Assembly: GCA_905178155.1 (NCBI GenBank)
Contig: CAJINV010000002.1
Coordinates: forward strand, 146,354-210,353
Length of the DNA stretch: 64,000 nt
DNA from: Amoebophrya sp. A120
Taxonomy: Eukaryota; Protista; Dinoflagellata
Direction: 5' to 3'
The position numbers were made by a program, and so were the translations under genes. Positions within the stretch are counted from its first letter, which is position 1; every line of letters starts with the position of its first letter. This document shows positions 9,587 through 24,500 of this stretch, in pieces. The notes below the pieces were generated by a model. That model did not search any database, was not told the origin of the DNA, and worked only from the letters and a program-made list of their open reading frames with translations.

Positions 9587-12500
9587 CTACGTGGTGGCAG
9601 CTCCGTTCGTCTCTTCTATCTTCTTCCTCTTTCTGTTCGCGAGCAGGTCCAGAAATGCCTGTGCTGGCTTGTTATGAAATGCAAATATGTCTGGGTCTGG
9701 AAGAGTCGGAGCTTGTCTTGCACATTTTGCATGACCTGTGAGGTCTGTGATGCTGGTGCTAGCATCACAGATTTTTTGAGAGCTTTTTGATGCTAATTTA
9801 TTACGCATGAGAAATGCCCTCTCCTCGTGCCAAAAACTGATGCCTCTTGCTGCTCATGCAACACAGATTTTTTTCGAATCCGCAGACAGCATTACAAGTT
9901 CCAATCTTCCAAACCCAGACACATTTGCAATGCATACTTGTCCCGTGGCTGGGGCGAAGGAGCAGGTTTTTATGGCGTTCTCAACTGTTACATTCTGAAG
10001 TGTTACATGAATTTGTGATGCAAGAATGGCAAAAGTGAAAGGCGTGACCGTCCGCGTCTTGCATGACAGATTTGGCGCACGACATTTTCAGCCTGTTTGG
10101 CATTTCGCGAATTTGTTATGCGAAGCAGCTTGATCGTGTCGGCTCTGATGGTAATTCTGCATGACAAACCATGTAACAGCTGAGAATGTAACATTTGAGA
10201 ACGCCATAGTTTTTGTCTTCGTCGAGATGAAGGAGTGGATGGGATTTCATTTTTATCAAAGAAAAAAAGTTCGTCACGATCACTCATGCGCATTCTTGCA
10301 ATACAAAATTGTTTGTCATGCGTAAAAATGCATCACAGCCAAACTTCATTAGGGATTTCCCTAGTGTTTCTGCAATAGTTTGTGATGCTGAGAAAATTTG
10401 TAAGTTGTAATGCAAAACCTGCAAGTTAGTGACTGTGACAAACTTTTTTCTCTCCATAATTTTCGGCATCAACTACCCCGATAGAAGAAGAAGAGGGACA
10501 AATAATGACGCCAGCACCGCCATTGCGACTCCGCTCCTTCGCCGGTCGTTGTACTGGTTCTTCATCCTGTTTTATTTTTGTTTTTCCTTGTTTAATACAA
10601 GAACTCAGGGAGGACGAGTAGAAATACGGCGACGGGACGAGCTGCTGCTGTTGAGAGATCAGCGTTTGATCTTCTTCTTCCCGTAGGTGTAGTACGTTCT
10701 GGTCGGGTTCGGATTCGTCCTCCTCCTTGTCGGGAGTACTAATAGAACACGGTGGAAAGAACTGTTTCATCCCTTGCACCCTGCGTTGTTCAACATTTCC
10801 TGCTCCCGCTGAAGAATTGTGAGAATGATCTGGAGCATATCGTGTGCAAAAGTATCGTACTCGTATTGCAGTGAAGTGATGCATTACAAATCTTTTTCTT
10901 ATAGGTGAATCTGAATCCGCGCCATTTTCTCATGCTGAGGAAATTTGTAAATGCATTTATACGAGTACGACACTTTTGCAGTGCATAGACCAGAACTACT
11001 CGAGCCTACTTCAGTGGTGGACGTTCGGCTTTTTCCTGCCGCCGGTGCCTCCGCTGTTGTACTAGGGTGCAGCTCTTTATGGTGTTCTCAAACGTTACAT
11101 TCTCAACTGTTACATGAGTCTGTAATGCAAGAATGGCAAAAGCCAAAGGGGGAAGATTGCAAAAATTGCATTACAAATCCCACCCAGATTTAGGTGGTGT
11201 TTAGCTCTTCGCAAATTTGTCATGCGAAGCAGCTTGATCTTGTGGATGATGATGGTAGTTTTGCATGACAAATTCATGTAACAGTTGAGAATGTAACGTT
11301 TGAGAACTCCATACTCTTTATTTTCGACGTCTTCATGTTCATCCGATGCTGCAACTACCGGATCATCTTCCGGATGGGCTTCTTCTTCTTCTTCTCCTCC
11401 ACTCGCATCTTTGACTACGACTGCCTCAACGTCGACGGTCCGATGAGGAAGTAGAGGAGCGCGGCCTTGTTCATCCGTTCTCGCTTTGATAGAAGCGCCT
11501 TTCGCTGCTACAGCATTAGCGTTACGAAACTCCTCTAGGCTGCTCACGTCGGGCAGGGGGACCAGGGGGTGCTTTTTGTTTCGACGTCCCTGATGAATCT
11601 GGGAAATTATTTCCCTGAAATCTGCTTGACTTTCATCTGCTTCGCCTTGACCTGGAGAAGTAGATGAAGAGTGCAAATTTGGATTTTGGTTTTCGTGTTC
11701 CACCGCCGTTTATGCACTGCAAAAGTGTCTGGGTCTGGAAGGTTGGAACTTGTCATGCTAAATCTGAATCACGCAAAAATCTGTGTTGCATGATTATCAA
11801 ATGCTGTCCACTTTTGATCAAGTTGAGAGGCAGTTTCTCGCGCAGGATAGTTATGATAGTGATCTCACGGAATCTGTCATGCTAGGTCCTCCATTACAGA
11901 TCATATGGGTCATGGAAAACCTGCATGACAAGTCGAGCAAAGTTCCACACCCAGACATTTTTGCGTTTGATACCATTCGAGAAGCCAAATCTTTGTCGTG
12001 GAGGTCGTGGCGGTATCCTGTGCAGAAGTATCGTACTAGTACAAATGCTAATGCAAGTCTTGCATTACAAATCTTGTTTCCAAGGCAAATCTGCATTACA
12101 TTCAAATTTTATTTTTTATGCTGAGCAAATTTGTAATGCATTTATACGAGTACGATGCTTTTGCAATGCATAGGCGGCGGCCCTCATCGTCCTCAAAATC
12201 GGAGGACATGTCATCACGAGAATTTCCACCAGAGTTCTGGTCCTCTTCACTGTCGCTCTCAGAGAGGACTACAGAGTGGTCTTCAGCATCGGAGGACCCA
12301 GCTTGTTCGTCCGAGTTAATATTCTTGTTCTCTTCATCACAGGGTGTTGTGGCACAATTGCCCAAAGATCTTCCATGTTGAGAGGACGCAAGAGCAGCTT
12401 GTGCTTGTTTCCCTAGTTGCATTTTTCCCATGCTTACTGCTTTCTTCTTCCGATACTGTACTTCTTCAATGGCTAATTCCTGCAAAATTCGCTGCACTCG

Positions 12501-15500
12501 TCGCTGTTGCTCTAAGTCGTCCTCTTCTTGATTCTCCGCGGTGAGCCAGGTGGTTTTGAGATCTAGCACCTTGAGGACCTTGGTACTACTAGTAGGTGTA
12601 GCAGGAGGGCTCTTCAAAATGATCCTGCTGTCGTCCTCGGTCTCTTTTTCTTGGCGATTCTCTTGATCATCTTTCATGACAACAGAATTCTGTTTTTCAC
12701 CCACATGATAACCCTCGTCTCTATCACTTCCAGCGCTGTATGGAGATTTTTCTTCCACCCCCGCGAGTTCTTCGCAAGCAGCTACCGGTTCTTCGCAAGA
12801 GTCGTCCCCCTGCTGCTGATCCAGTAGTAGTAGTGGACCCCCGCCACAACTTCTGCGGTCGTCATCTCTCGCCACAAGAATCGACGGCGCGACTGTAGTC
12901 GTGGTGGCCGTCGTGGTGTCGTCGTGTGCCTCATGTACTACAGACCCGCCAACAAGTTCTTGCTCGTTATCGCCATTTGCTGGTCCTCGTCTCGTGCTGG
13001 TGCGATTTATTTTATCGCCAGGTAACAGAACTACAGCACCACAACGCCGTCGATGCATCTTCCGCTGTTCTTGCAGGAGCTCAGTTTTCAAAAGCTTTTC
13101 CTCAGCGGCTTTATCTCCCTTCAGCTTGTAGACATCGTTCTGGTCGTCGTGGTCCTCGTAGTGACGACCTCGTACTCCCGCACGCGAAGATGACGAAAAT
13201 ACCCCCGCGGCCGCATGGGCATCAGGGTGCTGGTCAACAAGAAGTATCAACTGTAAAAATGTCTGGGTCTGGAAGAATTCATGTTTGTCATGCGTATCTG
13301 ACATGACTCTTAAATCTGTCATGCACGTTACCCAAGAGCTCCGCTTTTCTGTGATGTAGAAGCGCAGTTTGTCATGCAGAATAGGCAAGAACACCTAGGA
13401 GCTCAGAAACTTGTCATGCTGAGCCAGCATTTATAGCCTCATCATGAGACGCCACCCAGCATCACAAGTTTCCAGACCCAGACATTTTTGCATTTGATAA
13501 GAAAACCCTCGTCTGCCGCGACGGAAGAATTCATCCAAGTGAGTATGACCTGCTCAAACGTTACAATCTCAAACGTTACATATAGAATCTGGAAGTGGAT
13601 CTGTGATGCAAGAAATGCATGATCTAGCTGACTCTCATAGAAGGACTGCGCATGACAAGTTCCGGAGTCGCCCCCAACCGCACTACGATCTGGCGACATT
13701 TGTATTGGAGAAGGTGGAACGGTCTGCGAGTCTGTCATGCTCGTGATGCAAGACAAATGATCCCAGATTCCATTGTAACGTTTGAGATTGTAACACCTGA
13801 GCGGGTTATAGTGAGCATCTTTTTCTTTTTCACCCGTTCCCACAAAATCTCCATCTTCAGTCGCTTCTTGTATTCCTCGGCTGTCATGACAAGCTGCGGG
13901 ATTTTCTTGCTATAATTTCCGATCGACACCTCAAACGAATCGACAATCTGCTTCCGCGCCACACTCGCGACATAAGCCTGCGACTCCTTCTCCGTGGCGC
14001 AGTGCCACTGCTGGGAAAGCCAGTTCAGCATGTTGGCGTATTCTTGGTACAGAGACTTGCTGTATCAAATGCAAAAATGTCGGGGTCTGGAAGGTGACCA
14101 GGTTTGTCATGCATATCTTGCATGGATCACGATATCTGTAAATGCATGATCTAGCATCACATATTTTTAGAGGCCTTCCTGATGCCTATTCCGCATGACA
14201 AATGCCCTCCCCTCGCAGCACAATTTGGGCTCCTATTGCTGGTCATGCAATACAGATCTTTTTAGCATCCAAAGTTAGCATCACAAGTCCCGACCTTCCA
14301 GACCCAGACATTTTTACACTTGATATGCTGAGCGGCTTGAATAAACTCGACTGAGTAGGCGACGTTGTTTCTGTTTTTCGAAGGTCGCAGCTGGTAGTTC
14401 TAGCTTTATACCGCGACCACTTCTCCCGCCAGTGCTGCCACCTCCGCTCCAACGCTGCTCTGCGATCGGTTAGAGGGAGCTTCAGAAGCGCAAAAATTTC
14501 TTTTCCCGTGCAGAAGAGCGGGTGGCCGGGGCGTGTAGTAGTTCTGCTAGAACTACTAGAAGTAGTAGTGTCGTGGTACATAGAAACCGTCTGCTCTTCT
14601 TTCTTCTCCAAAGCCGGGCTTTCCTGAAAAAAATCTCGCCCTCGTAGAAGCTCCTGTGTACTATGGCGTAGTCGTCTCGCACCCTCTCCAGCGCCCAGCT
14701 GACGTTCTGGTTCAATCTCCTCGTCAGAATAGCACGGCGAGCCACGATCACCTCCAAACCTCTCAATCAGTTTCCGCCGCAGGTAGTCTTGTCGGTTCTC
14801 GAAATATGGTAATTTTGTGCTATCATTCTTACTCCTGTTAACATCATTCCTCGTTTTCCGCTCCTCCTCGACAAAGTGCAGGGAAAAGGCCGCGTTTTCG
14901 ACATCGAATACCTGTGGCGGGAACGGCGTAGGGAGGTGGAGGATCAATTGTTGCAGCACCTGCTCGGGCGAAGCGAGGTCGGGGTGGGGCAGCCGCAGGT
15001 GGAGGTTCATCATCTCTCGGGGATCCGGTCTGGTGCTCTTTCCGTAGGAGCTGTTAGCAATACGCGCATGACGTGGTCTACTTGGCGGATCATCTTCACG
15101 TGGAGGTCCTCTTTGCTGCAATATCAAATGCAACTATGTCTGGGTCTGGAACTTTGCTAGACTTGTCATGCAGGTTTTCCATGACCCATATGATCTATAA
15201 TGGAGGACCTAGCATGACAGATTCCGTGAGATCACTATCATGCCTTTCCTGCATGAGAAAGTGCCTCTCAACTTGATCAAAAGTAGCCAGCATTTGCAAA
15301 TCATGCAACACAGATTTTTGCATGATTCAGATTTAGCATGACAAGTTCCAACCTTCCAGACCCAGACACTTTTGCGATCCATATGCAAAAATTCTTGGTC
15401 GTCCGCGGCGTCGTCGTCGTCTTCTTCAGAGGAGACATTGCTGTCGGTTCGGTCTTCGGAGTCACTGCAGTATTGAACTCGGCGGAGTTCATCATCTTGG

Positions 15501-18500
15501 CGCTTTTCAACATCCGCATGGAGGTCTACTTGGGGTTCTTTTCCATCTTGCTGTTCTATTTTCACCAAGGTCGTCGTGGCAGAAATTCGTGCTGGTGTTC
15601 CTCCAAACGGATCATACACTTTCTGCTCCGCTCTCTTCTCGACCAAATCCTATGCATTGCAAAAGTATCGTACTAGTAGTAATCGCATTACAAATTAGCT
15701 CCGCATGACAAAATGGAATTTGTAATGCTGTTTTACCTTGAGATAAAAATTTGTATTGCATTACTGCGATTACTACGAGTACGATACTTTTGCACAGGAT
15801 AAATCCGCATCTTCAACAAATTCCTCAAACAAAAACATTTCCGCAAAACCTTCCACCATTCTCTCGACCTGCTGCCGATCCCGCATGCGACGGTAAAAGT
15901 TGAAGCGGGTAAAAGGGTCTGTTCCTGCTGATTTATCATTTCCCCGACTGATACCTTGGCGAAGAAGGCTCAGCGGGTTATTTTCTTTTTCGACGAAAAT
16001 TGGTTCTTGTTCCGCGGAAAGCATTTTTTTCTGCTTTTCCCTGATTTCTCGGGTAGATCGATAGGCGAGATTGGAGATGTACAGCTTCATATCCAAGAAA
16101 AAAACTGTGTTAGTGTAACTTTCCTTGGGTGACAACATTTGCTCTACATGACAAAAAAAACCTGTCATGTGTGGTTTGTAAGGGAAAACACGCATGAAAA
16201 GAGGACTTGATGGCTGTCTGGCATGACAGACGTGCCTCTGTTGCATGTTCTGCATTACAGAGTTACACTTACACAGTTTTTTTGTTGCATACTTCACAGC
16301 CTTCCAAACTCTCCGCTTCAAGTGCTTGCAATTGATTATCCTGTGAAAAAGTATCGTGATCGTAGTAATTGCAATCATGCATTTACAAATCTTTTTCTTA
16401 AGGTAAATCCGCATTACAAATTTTATTTCTCATGCTAAGAAAATTTGTAATACATTTATACGAGGAGGATACTTTTGCATTTGATATTGATCTGATCCAG
16501 ACACTTGAGTCGCCCTGTTTTATTGTTTGGCGACGGTGGTTTTGGTTTTCGTTTTCGACGTTTTCTCGACAGTTGTTTTTTGTTCCGAAGGGGTTTTTTC
16601 TTTCGTGCTGCTTTCGACATCCTGTTCGCTTTTTTGTTCGCCTTCTTCTTTTCCTTGCTTTGCCGCTCTTGTTGTGATGCTTTGTTGCGTTTCTCCCTGC
16701 GATCAGATGAAGTAGTGGTGGTTTTGGCAAAAGACCTGAGTAACCTGGCTGCGCAAGCCGAGCCACGAGTTGATGAGAACAAGTGCTTCCGCAACAAAAC
16801 CGCCTGCTGCGCGTGACAGTCGATCGTTTTAATCCGGCCTGCATGCTTGGCCAGCCGCGTCGCGTACTTTGAACCGGGCGGGGCAATGCAGCTGATCAAA
16901 CTGAGCCCGGCCCTCCGTCGATTCGCGATGGAGAGTCCCGCGGGCGTGCAGATTCGCGGAAGAAAGATTCGGGAGCAGCCGAAGAAAAGGTGGACGATGG
17001 TGCGGAAATCCAGCGCGGCTGATCTTCGTGTCGTCGCAATCTTCCCGTGGGTGGAGGAAGAAGAAGAGTTCTTTGCACGACCTTCAACTTCTTCATCTTC
17101 AACGTCGAGCCGGGAGTGTGTATCCGTATCCTTCTCTTTCTCGTGGTTCCCAACATCTTCTTTTCTTCTCCTTTGCCTCCTCGTCGGCGCCCACGCCCTG
17201 CTGTCATCTTCTTATCAACCGCAAAAATGTAAATGTCTGGGTCTGGAAGATTGCCATGTTTGTCATGCAGATGTTCTATGGCTCATAAGGTTTAGAATGC
17301 AGCTCCTAGCATGACAAATTCTGTGAGATCTCTATCATGCCTTACCTGAATGAGAAACTCCCTCTCAACTTGATAAAAAAAGACGGCTGTTGGTAATCAC
17401 GCAACACAGATTTTTTGCATGATTCAGATTTAGCATGACGAGTTGCAACCTTGTAGACATCCAGGGATATTTGCATTTCATAAATCTAGCATGTGTTCGA
17501 TTTTCTCGGAGAACCCCGTGTATTCGAAAATGTCGACCCTTTTCGGTTCGAAGTCATCCGGCAAAAGTTTTATCCCACGAAAAAACTGTTTCACTGTGAT
17601 GATTTTGCAAGATCTGCATCACAAGTTTGTTACACATGACACAGAAAATTTGCCATGCGCCCTTCCAAAGGGAAAACACCCCTAAAGAGTCAAGGTCTTG
17701 CAGGTGTAGCAAGACAAATAGTTCTGTGCTCCATTCTATGCATCACAAGTTCACAGTGAAACACCAGTTTTTTCTTGCGATAAGCTTCTCCTTCAAGTGA
17801 ATCCGACTTTGAAGAAACTCGAGCTCTTGCAGCAGGAAGAAAGCCACGTCCTCATCACTTCGGTCAAACTGCGTATTTTGCAAGATATCCCGCCTTTTCA
17901 GCTTCAGCTTGTCAATTTGCCGGCGCAGCCTGCAAGTTTCGGGCGCGAGTTTGTAGAGTTTCCTCGTGACCGCTTGCAGTTGCTTTTCGCAAAGGTCCTG
18001 ACACTGCTTGATTTGTCGGCGCAGTGAGAGTATGGAATGTAAAAATGTCTGGGTCTGGAAGAATGGAACTTGTCATGCTGTTTTTGGACTCTAACAAAAT
18101 TTGTATTGCATGACCAGCAAGGGGGGTACAGTTTTTCTTTTTACTACACGGACAGGGCGCTTTTCATGCGGAAGGTGCATCAGGAAGCCCTCTAAAAGTC
18201 TGCGATGCTAGGTCATGCATTACAGGCATCATGGGTCATGAAAAATATGCATGACAAATCTTGCATTCTTCCCGACCCAGACATTTTTGCATTTGATAGA
18301 AAGGGGGAGGCCGATTTTCCGGTTCCTCTGGGTTTTTTTCTTGAGGCAGGACAGCAATACATTGCGGCCGTGCGCTGGTGGTACTTCTTCCTCCCTTTGC
18401 ACCTTGTCTAATTCCCTTTTCCAATCGGTCTTGATCTTTTTGCACATTTTCTTCCTCCACTTTTCGGTTACTTTATCCAATGCCGCTTGAATGGCTTGTA

Positions 18501-21500
18501 CTTCTTGTCGAATTTTCGTCGCCAGAGCAAAATGCTTCTCCTCTTCGTCCTGTAAACGAATTTTCGTGTACTCCTGACGGTCCATGAGGACACTCGGGTC
18601 CTTCTTGACAAGTCGTGCCTCGGAGTTGTTTGTGATAAGCAGCTCGGGGTTCTCCACCGCCTCGGGCATGACCACAATCGTGCCCGGAACAAAAATCGTT
18701 CTCTTTTGTACCGCCGTCTGCGAAAAGTCAATCCGCTCAAAAGCCGCGAGGGACAGGTCGGGTTCTTCGAAAGCTTCCGTGAGGGTCGTAACTGGTTGAT
18801 GTTGACCATGTCTTTCTGTCTGCAGTCCTCCTCCAGTGCTGCTCGCGTTCAGGTTCATCAAAGCAGAAGCAGTTGTACTAGTATTACCGCTGTCATTCAA
18901 TTTCGTCGTTTTCAGCAACTCCAACTCCTTCTGATCCTGACGATACAGACTCACTTCCGAGACGGAAAACAACTCCTGTTTCACGTTACCCGCGAATGCT
19001 TTTTCGTGCTGCCTGAGAAACTGTTGAAGGCAGGGCGTCTGGCGCGCTGCGGATACGCTGCTGTTCCCATTCTGTGCTCCTCTGATGGTAGTTTCGCTAT
19101 TCATTTCCAAAGCAATGGAACTGGACGATGGAGCGAAAGAACCTCCTTCAAGAGGAGCAGGCTGTTCTTTCAACATCAACAGGCTGGAAAAATCTGCGCG
19201 CAGCTTCCTTTCCCATTGGAAGCATGCGCTCGTGTAGGCGGTGCTAGTGCCTCTATCAGTGAGGGCGAGGAAGTTGATGTTTCTGTTTGCGTTGTTCATT
19301 GTCATTCCGATTCCCAGTTCTCCCACGATTCCGCGCAGTTGTGGTGCCACCGCGGTTAGGACCAACCGCTTTTCCATATCAAAAGGAAAAATCCCCCCTC
19401 CCCATATCAAAACGGAATTCTGTGATGCAGATTTGTTGTCACAAATCAGCTTTGTCATGCTACACGGGAAAAGATGTAGACACTGTAGTGCTGGGTGGCG
19501 TGGGAATAAACCTTTGCGTCTTCAACATAACAGAAAACAACTAAAAGTGGGAAACAGCATGACAAATTGCCTGCAAACGAGACCACGACTGCGGCTCTTG
19601 GCCTTCTAGCATGACAAGTCGATTTGGTACCTCAAATCCTGCATCACAGATTTCCATTTCGATATGGGGATTTTTCCGTTTGATATTCCAAATTAGCGAT
19701 CAGTTTCTCTAGGAATTTCTGCGCTTCCTCCCGAAAATAGACGTTGCTGTAATCCATATCCTGAGTAAAAACGTACCCACACCAGAGTCAGGATGGGAAT
19801 TTTGCAACACAAACCTAGGAGCTTTGTGAGTCACGCATGACAAGTTGCGCTCTGCAGTGTAGGGCAGGTTAGCAAGTGCAGCCGCATCACAGATTCATCA
19901 GCTCATCCTGTTCACAGCATCACAAATTCCAAAACACATCTGAAAATGGCTCTCATGGGGATGCGCATTACAAGTCTTCCTGTCTTTGCAAATCTGCATT
20001 ACAACTCTGGTGTGGGTACGTTTTTACTCAGGATAATCCAGCCTGCTCAACATCTTTCCGGTCTTCGCTTCGCCATCTCCTGCGCTGGTCGCAATTCTTC
20101 TCGCGCGCACTCGATTTTCAAACACGGCCGGGAGAACCGCGAAAGGAGGCAGCTGAAACTCTTCTTGTGCCGCATGCAGTAGATCCACTGATGTATTACT
20201 ACCCTCTAGTACTTCCTCCAATGGGTTCCACGCCGCGGCCCCCGCCGATTGGAGGTTTAGCAGCATTCGGTTGTCGTTCTCTTTGTCTAATTCCTGCTCT
20301 TCTTCATAAAACTCCACATCCGAATCGCTATCGTCCCCCTTCGGCTGATACGCCTTCAAGAAATGCTGCTCGATTTTCAACAGCCGGATCTGCTCGAAAA
20401 GGTACTGAATGAATTTGGCCCTTCTTTCTTCATGAAATACATTCTTCGCGTACTCGTCGACGCAGGAGTGGAGGAAATTTTCGTAGGAAGCATGAGAACT
20501 GCTACTGTAACGGGAGAGTTTATGGTCTTGATCTCCTCCTGCATCGCTGTTTTTCGTACTATCCCGCATGACAAGTTTCATCTCCGCCTCCTGCCGACAA
20601 TAAAGCTCCTTTTGTTTCCGAAGAACCGCCCGGAAAAACTCCTGCTCTTCAACAGACGAGCAGGCTTCGTCGATATCATTCTCCCTGTGAAGAGCTGCAC
20701 GACGTGCAGAAAGAACAGTGTCGCACTGCAGCAGAACCCCCTGCATGAAACGCGCTCCGAGGTCCTCGCTTAGGTTTTGTCGGATTTTCCGCTCTTCTCT
20801 GTTCAGCCGCTCGAACCCTGCGTCAGAAATACTTTGCCCCGGTTTTTTGTTTTTCACACCTCCGAAAAACGCCTTCGGAATCTTATGCACAGCAAAAGTA
20901 TCTATCGTACTCGTATAAATGCATTACAAATTTTCTCAGCATGAGAAATAAAATTTGTACTGCTGATTTGCCTTAAGAGAGAGATTTGTATTTGTAATGC
21001 ATGATTGCAATATTAGCTACGAGTACGATACTTTTGCACAGCATAAATCTCGTCCCACATCTGCCATCGTCGGAAGTACGCGCCCATCAACTGTGAAAAT
21101 GTCTGGGTCTGGAAGATTGGCAGCTTTGTCATGCATATTTTGCATGACCCGTGAACTCTGTAATGCATGCACGAGCATCACAGATTTTTAGAGGGCTTCC
21201 TAATGCCTATTCCGCATGAGAAAGCCCATCTCCGTGTAGCCCAAATTGCTTGGAGTTCTCTTGCAGGTCACGCAATACAATTTTTTTTTGAATCCAGAGA
21301 CAGCATCACAAGTTTAGAATCTTCCAGACCCCGACATTTTTGCATTTGATAGCACCTAATTTTGCCTTGATGCTCTTCTCAAGTGTGTACTGTTTTTTCA
21401 GCGACCCCTCAAACCGCAGCAGCATCTCATCCCTCCGCTTCTCGAGCTCTTTTTCGTCTTTCTTCGAAATTTTCTTCTTGAAAACGGTCGTTCCTTGGAT

Positions 21501-24500
21501 TGGGCCCGGGATGATGTTGTAGGAAGAATGTTGAGAATCGTGATTCTGGGATGACATCAAATCCAGATGCTCGTTGAAACATTTGTCCGTCTTGCAGATG
21601 AACGTGTTCCAAAACTCGTCGTAATCGAGCGCAAATTGAACGTATTCGTTTTCAAACTTTTCCCAATCATCGGTGACGATCGCGACAGAGGTGTCGAAAT
21701 AGCCTCCATCTGGTTCGACGTACTCGGCTTCTTCAAGGGCCGCAAGTGATGAATTTGAATTCGGTTGTCGAAAAATATTGAACGCGGTCCGGATTTTCTT
21801 CAGAAGCCTGGCGGTGGTTATTTGCCGGTCGTACGGTCGTCTTGGAGGTTGTAGATGATGTAGTAGCCGAGGATTTAGTTGTGGGTCGACGTTTTGGAGA
21901 TGACCTTGATGTTGCACTGGGGCGGCCACGACTGGGACAACCACTGGCCGCGTTCGTTTGCCTTTGCTGCTCTCTGTCCTACGCGACAAGCGCTCTCGTC
22001 TTCGCCCGGCAACGCAGCTCCGAGCGCAACCACTCGAGCTCCTGCTCCTGCTGCCAGTGTCTGCTCCTCTGGGCGGCTGCGATAATGTCTTTTCTTCCGA
22101 CAACTCGTCGATCCACTGCGACTCCTGGTAGTCCCTCTTCCGGTCAGAGCAGTCGACTTGGTCTGCAAAATCTTGATGTCCCTCCAGCTGCCACGACTCC
22201 TCCTCCATGGAAAAGCTGGAGCTAGTACGCGCGTGTTCATCAGAAAAATCCCCCTCGTCGTCACTATCCGGCACGACCGGAAGCTGCAGAATTTCGCAGA
22301 GCTCCTCTTCCCCGGAGCAAAACCCAGCGATTTCCCATAACGGAAGTGGCTCATTGTCGCGCTTTAAGGATCTTAATGCTGTTTTATACCGGAATTCCGC
22401 AAACGCCGACGGGTCGAAGTCGGTAAAAGTTGCATCGTCCTCAGCACTAGGAGCTGCACCGGTATCCTTCGCGTGCTGTGTGTCATCTATTCTGTCGGGA
22501 GATGATGATGCCACAGCAATGGCTGTGTGCTGCGACTCTTGTTCTTCTTGTCCAAGAACATCGTAGTCATTTGATGCAGCCACGCCGCCATGCTCGTCGT
22601 GTCCCTCTCCTGCCTCCTCTAGAACAAGAACCTCTTGTTGCTCTGTGTCCTCGACAAGTACCCACGAGGACCCTTTTTCGTCTACCACCTGTTCCAGTGC
22701 GAGCTGTTGGAGAAATTCTCTGTGCGTCTGCGGCATGACAGACTTGTCCCTCTCTTCCATGGTATTCGCTTTTTTCAAGTTATGAGAGTGCACAACTTCC
22801 CCGCCCCCTCGTTTGTCATGCAATTAGCCAAATCCAGGCTCTGCCTCTTGGCACTGTTTGCATGACAAGTTCTGGCTGTAGCCCAAATAGCACTACACTT
22901 CAGTGTAAATTTGTCATGCAAGGCCGGCATTCTTGCTGATGCTTGTATTGCCGTTCATGCTATACAAATGAGGGGGAGGGAAAGATGTGCACTGTCATAC
23001 AAGTCGGGTACGTACGTCAGCCACTGGTCGTACAGAATGGGGTGTTTAAACGTGCCGCCGTCTTCCGCCTCGACGCGGACGGGAAGGCGGGGTGGAATGG
23101 TGTTCTGATCCTCGTCTCGATCTTCAGAGAAGAGATCATGATCATCTGAAAGCGAATCGGAGTCCTCGTGTTGTTCCGGTAGTCGTGCTCTACCTTGTAG
23201 TGGAATATCATCATCATCTTCCTCTTCCAGGCTCTCTGTCTCACTGTCCTCCTCCAAGAGCGCAGGTTCGTTGCCAGCAGATAATTGCAGTGGTGATGTC
23301 CTCTCGTCTGCGCAATCCTTTTCGCCATCAGTGTAGTCCCTGTTTGCCGGTGGCTGATGTAGTTCCTCGTCGCTCTCGCTTGCACTATCCTGTTCTCCTT
23401 CCGGGCCAACTACATGGATCAGGTCTGCCTCATTCACAAGCAAAGAAGTAGGGGAACCAGCAGTAGGAGGCTGGTGTACTTCTCCCGTTCTTCCAATTAC
23501 ACAACCGGTCGTGTCACCCTCACCTCCAGCTACACGACCTGTGTTCAGGAAAATAAATCGGGTGCTACTTTGTAAGTAGATCCCACTGACACCAATCACT
23601 TCTCCACCGACGGGGGCAACCACACACCACGATCTTGATCGACGGTTTATTTTCTGTTTCGTTGATGGCTCTTCCTGTGAATTCAAGTCCAATTCTTGTG
23701 TCGTCACCCCACCACGGATGAGCGATGGCCTAATCCTACCGGTGCTGCAAGAGCGACTTCGTTTCTGCTCTGTGCGAGGAATCGTAGACGTCCGCCTTGG
23801 CGCAGGAACGCGAAGTGCCTCGACCTTCGCTTCGCTCTTTGCTGTGTCCTCGTAGTTGAGGGCAAACTTCTTTGCTTTATTTCGGCCTCCATCCGATTCC
23901 TCGCCATCCTCCTTATCTGAACTAGAACTGCAACTCCACTCGGACGGAAGCTCCTCTGTATCAGCGGTTTCCTCTTCGTCTTGTTGGCCCTCCGAACAAT
24001 GATCTTCGGCAACTACAGAAGGGGACGAAGTTTGATTTCCCTTGGATGTTGATGCCGCTGGGCCATTCACATCAGATAAAGTTTGCGAACCAGTTTTACC
24101 TTCTTGCACCGACGGCGGCGTCCTCCTAGGTTCTACTTCTGAACCAAGCGGGTCCTCTTTAATATACCCGCAATGTTTCACCAAAAGCCTTGTCCACCTC
24201 TGTCTCTCTGGTTCGGACTCGATGGCCGCTAAATTTTGCGTTACGACTCTTCGTTTCTCGTCGTCCTGCGGAAGGAGTTCGCGCCAAAGGGGAAGCGGGG
24301 CTATTTTCGGTGCTGAGCCATTGAAATCCGAAAAATCGGAGGAGTCGTCACTGTCGGAGGAAGTAGAGAAAATAACACTGCTGGTAGAGGAATGCGATGG
24401 CCTCCTGCGCCTGGAAGAGGCGGAAGCCCCCTCTACTGACGCGGGCGGTTTCTCAGTCTTTTGACTTTGTCGTTGGGGCGGAGGAGGTTTGTTTTCCCGA

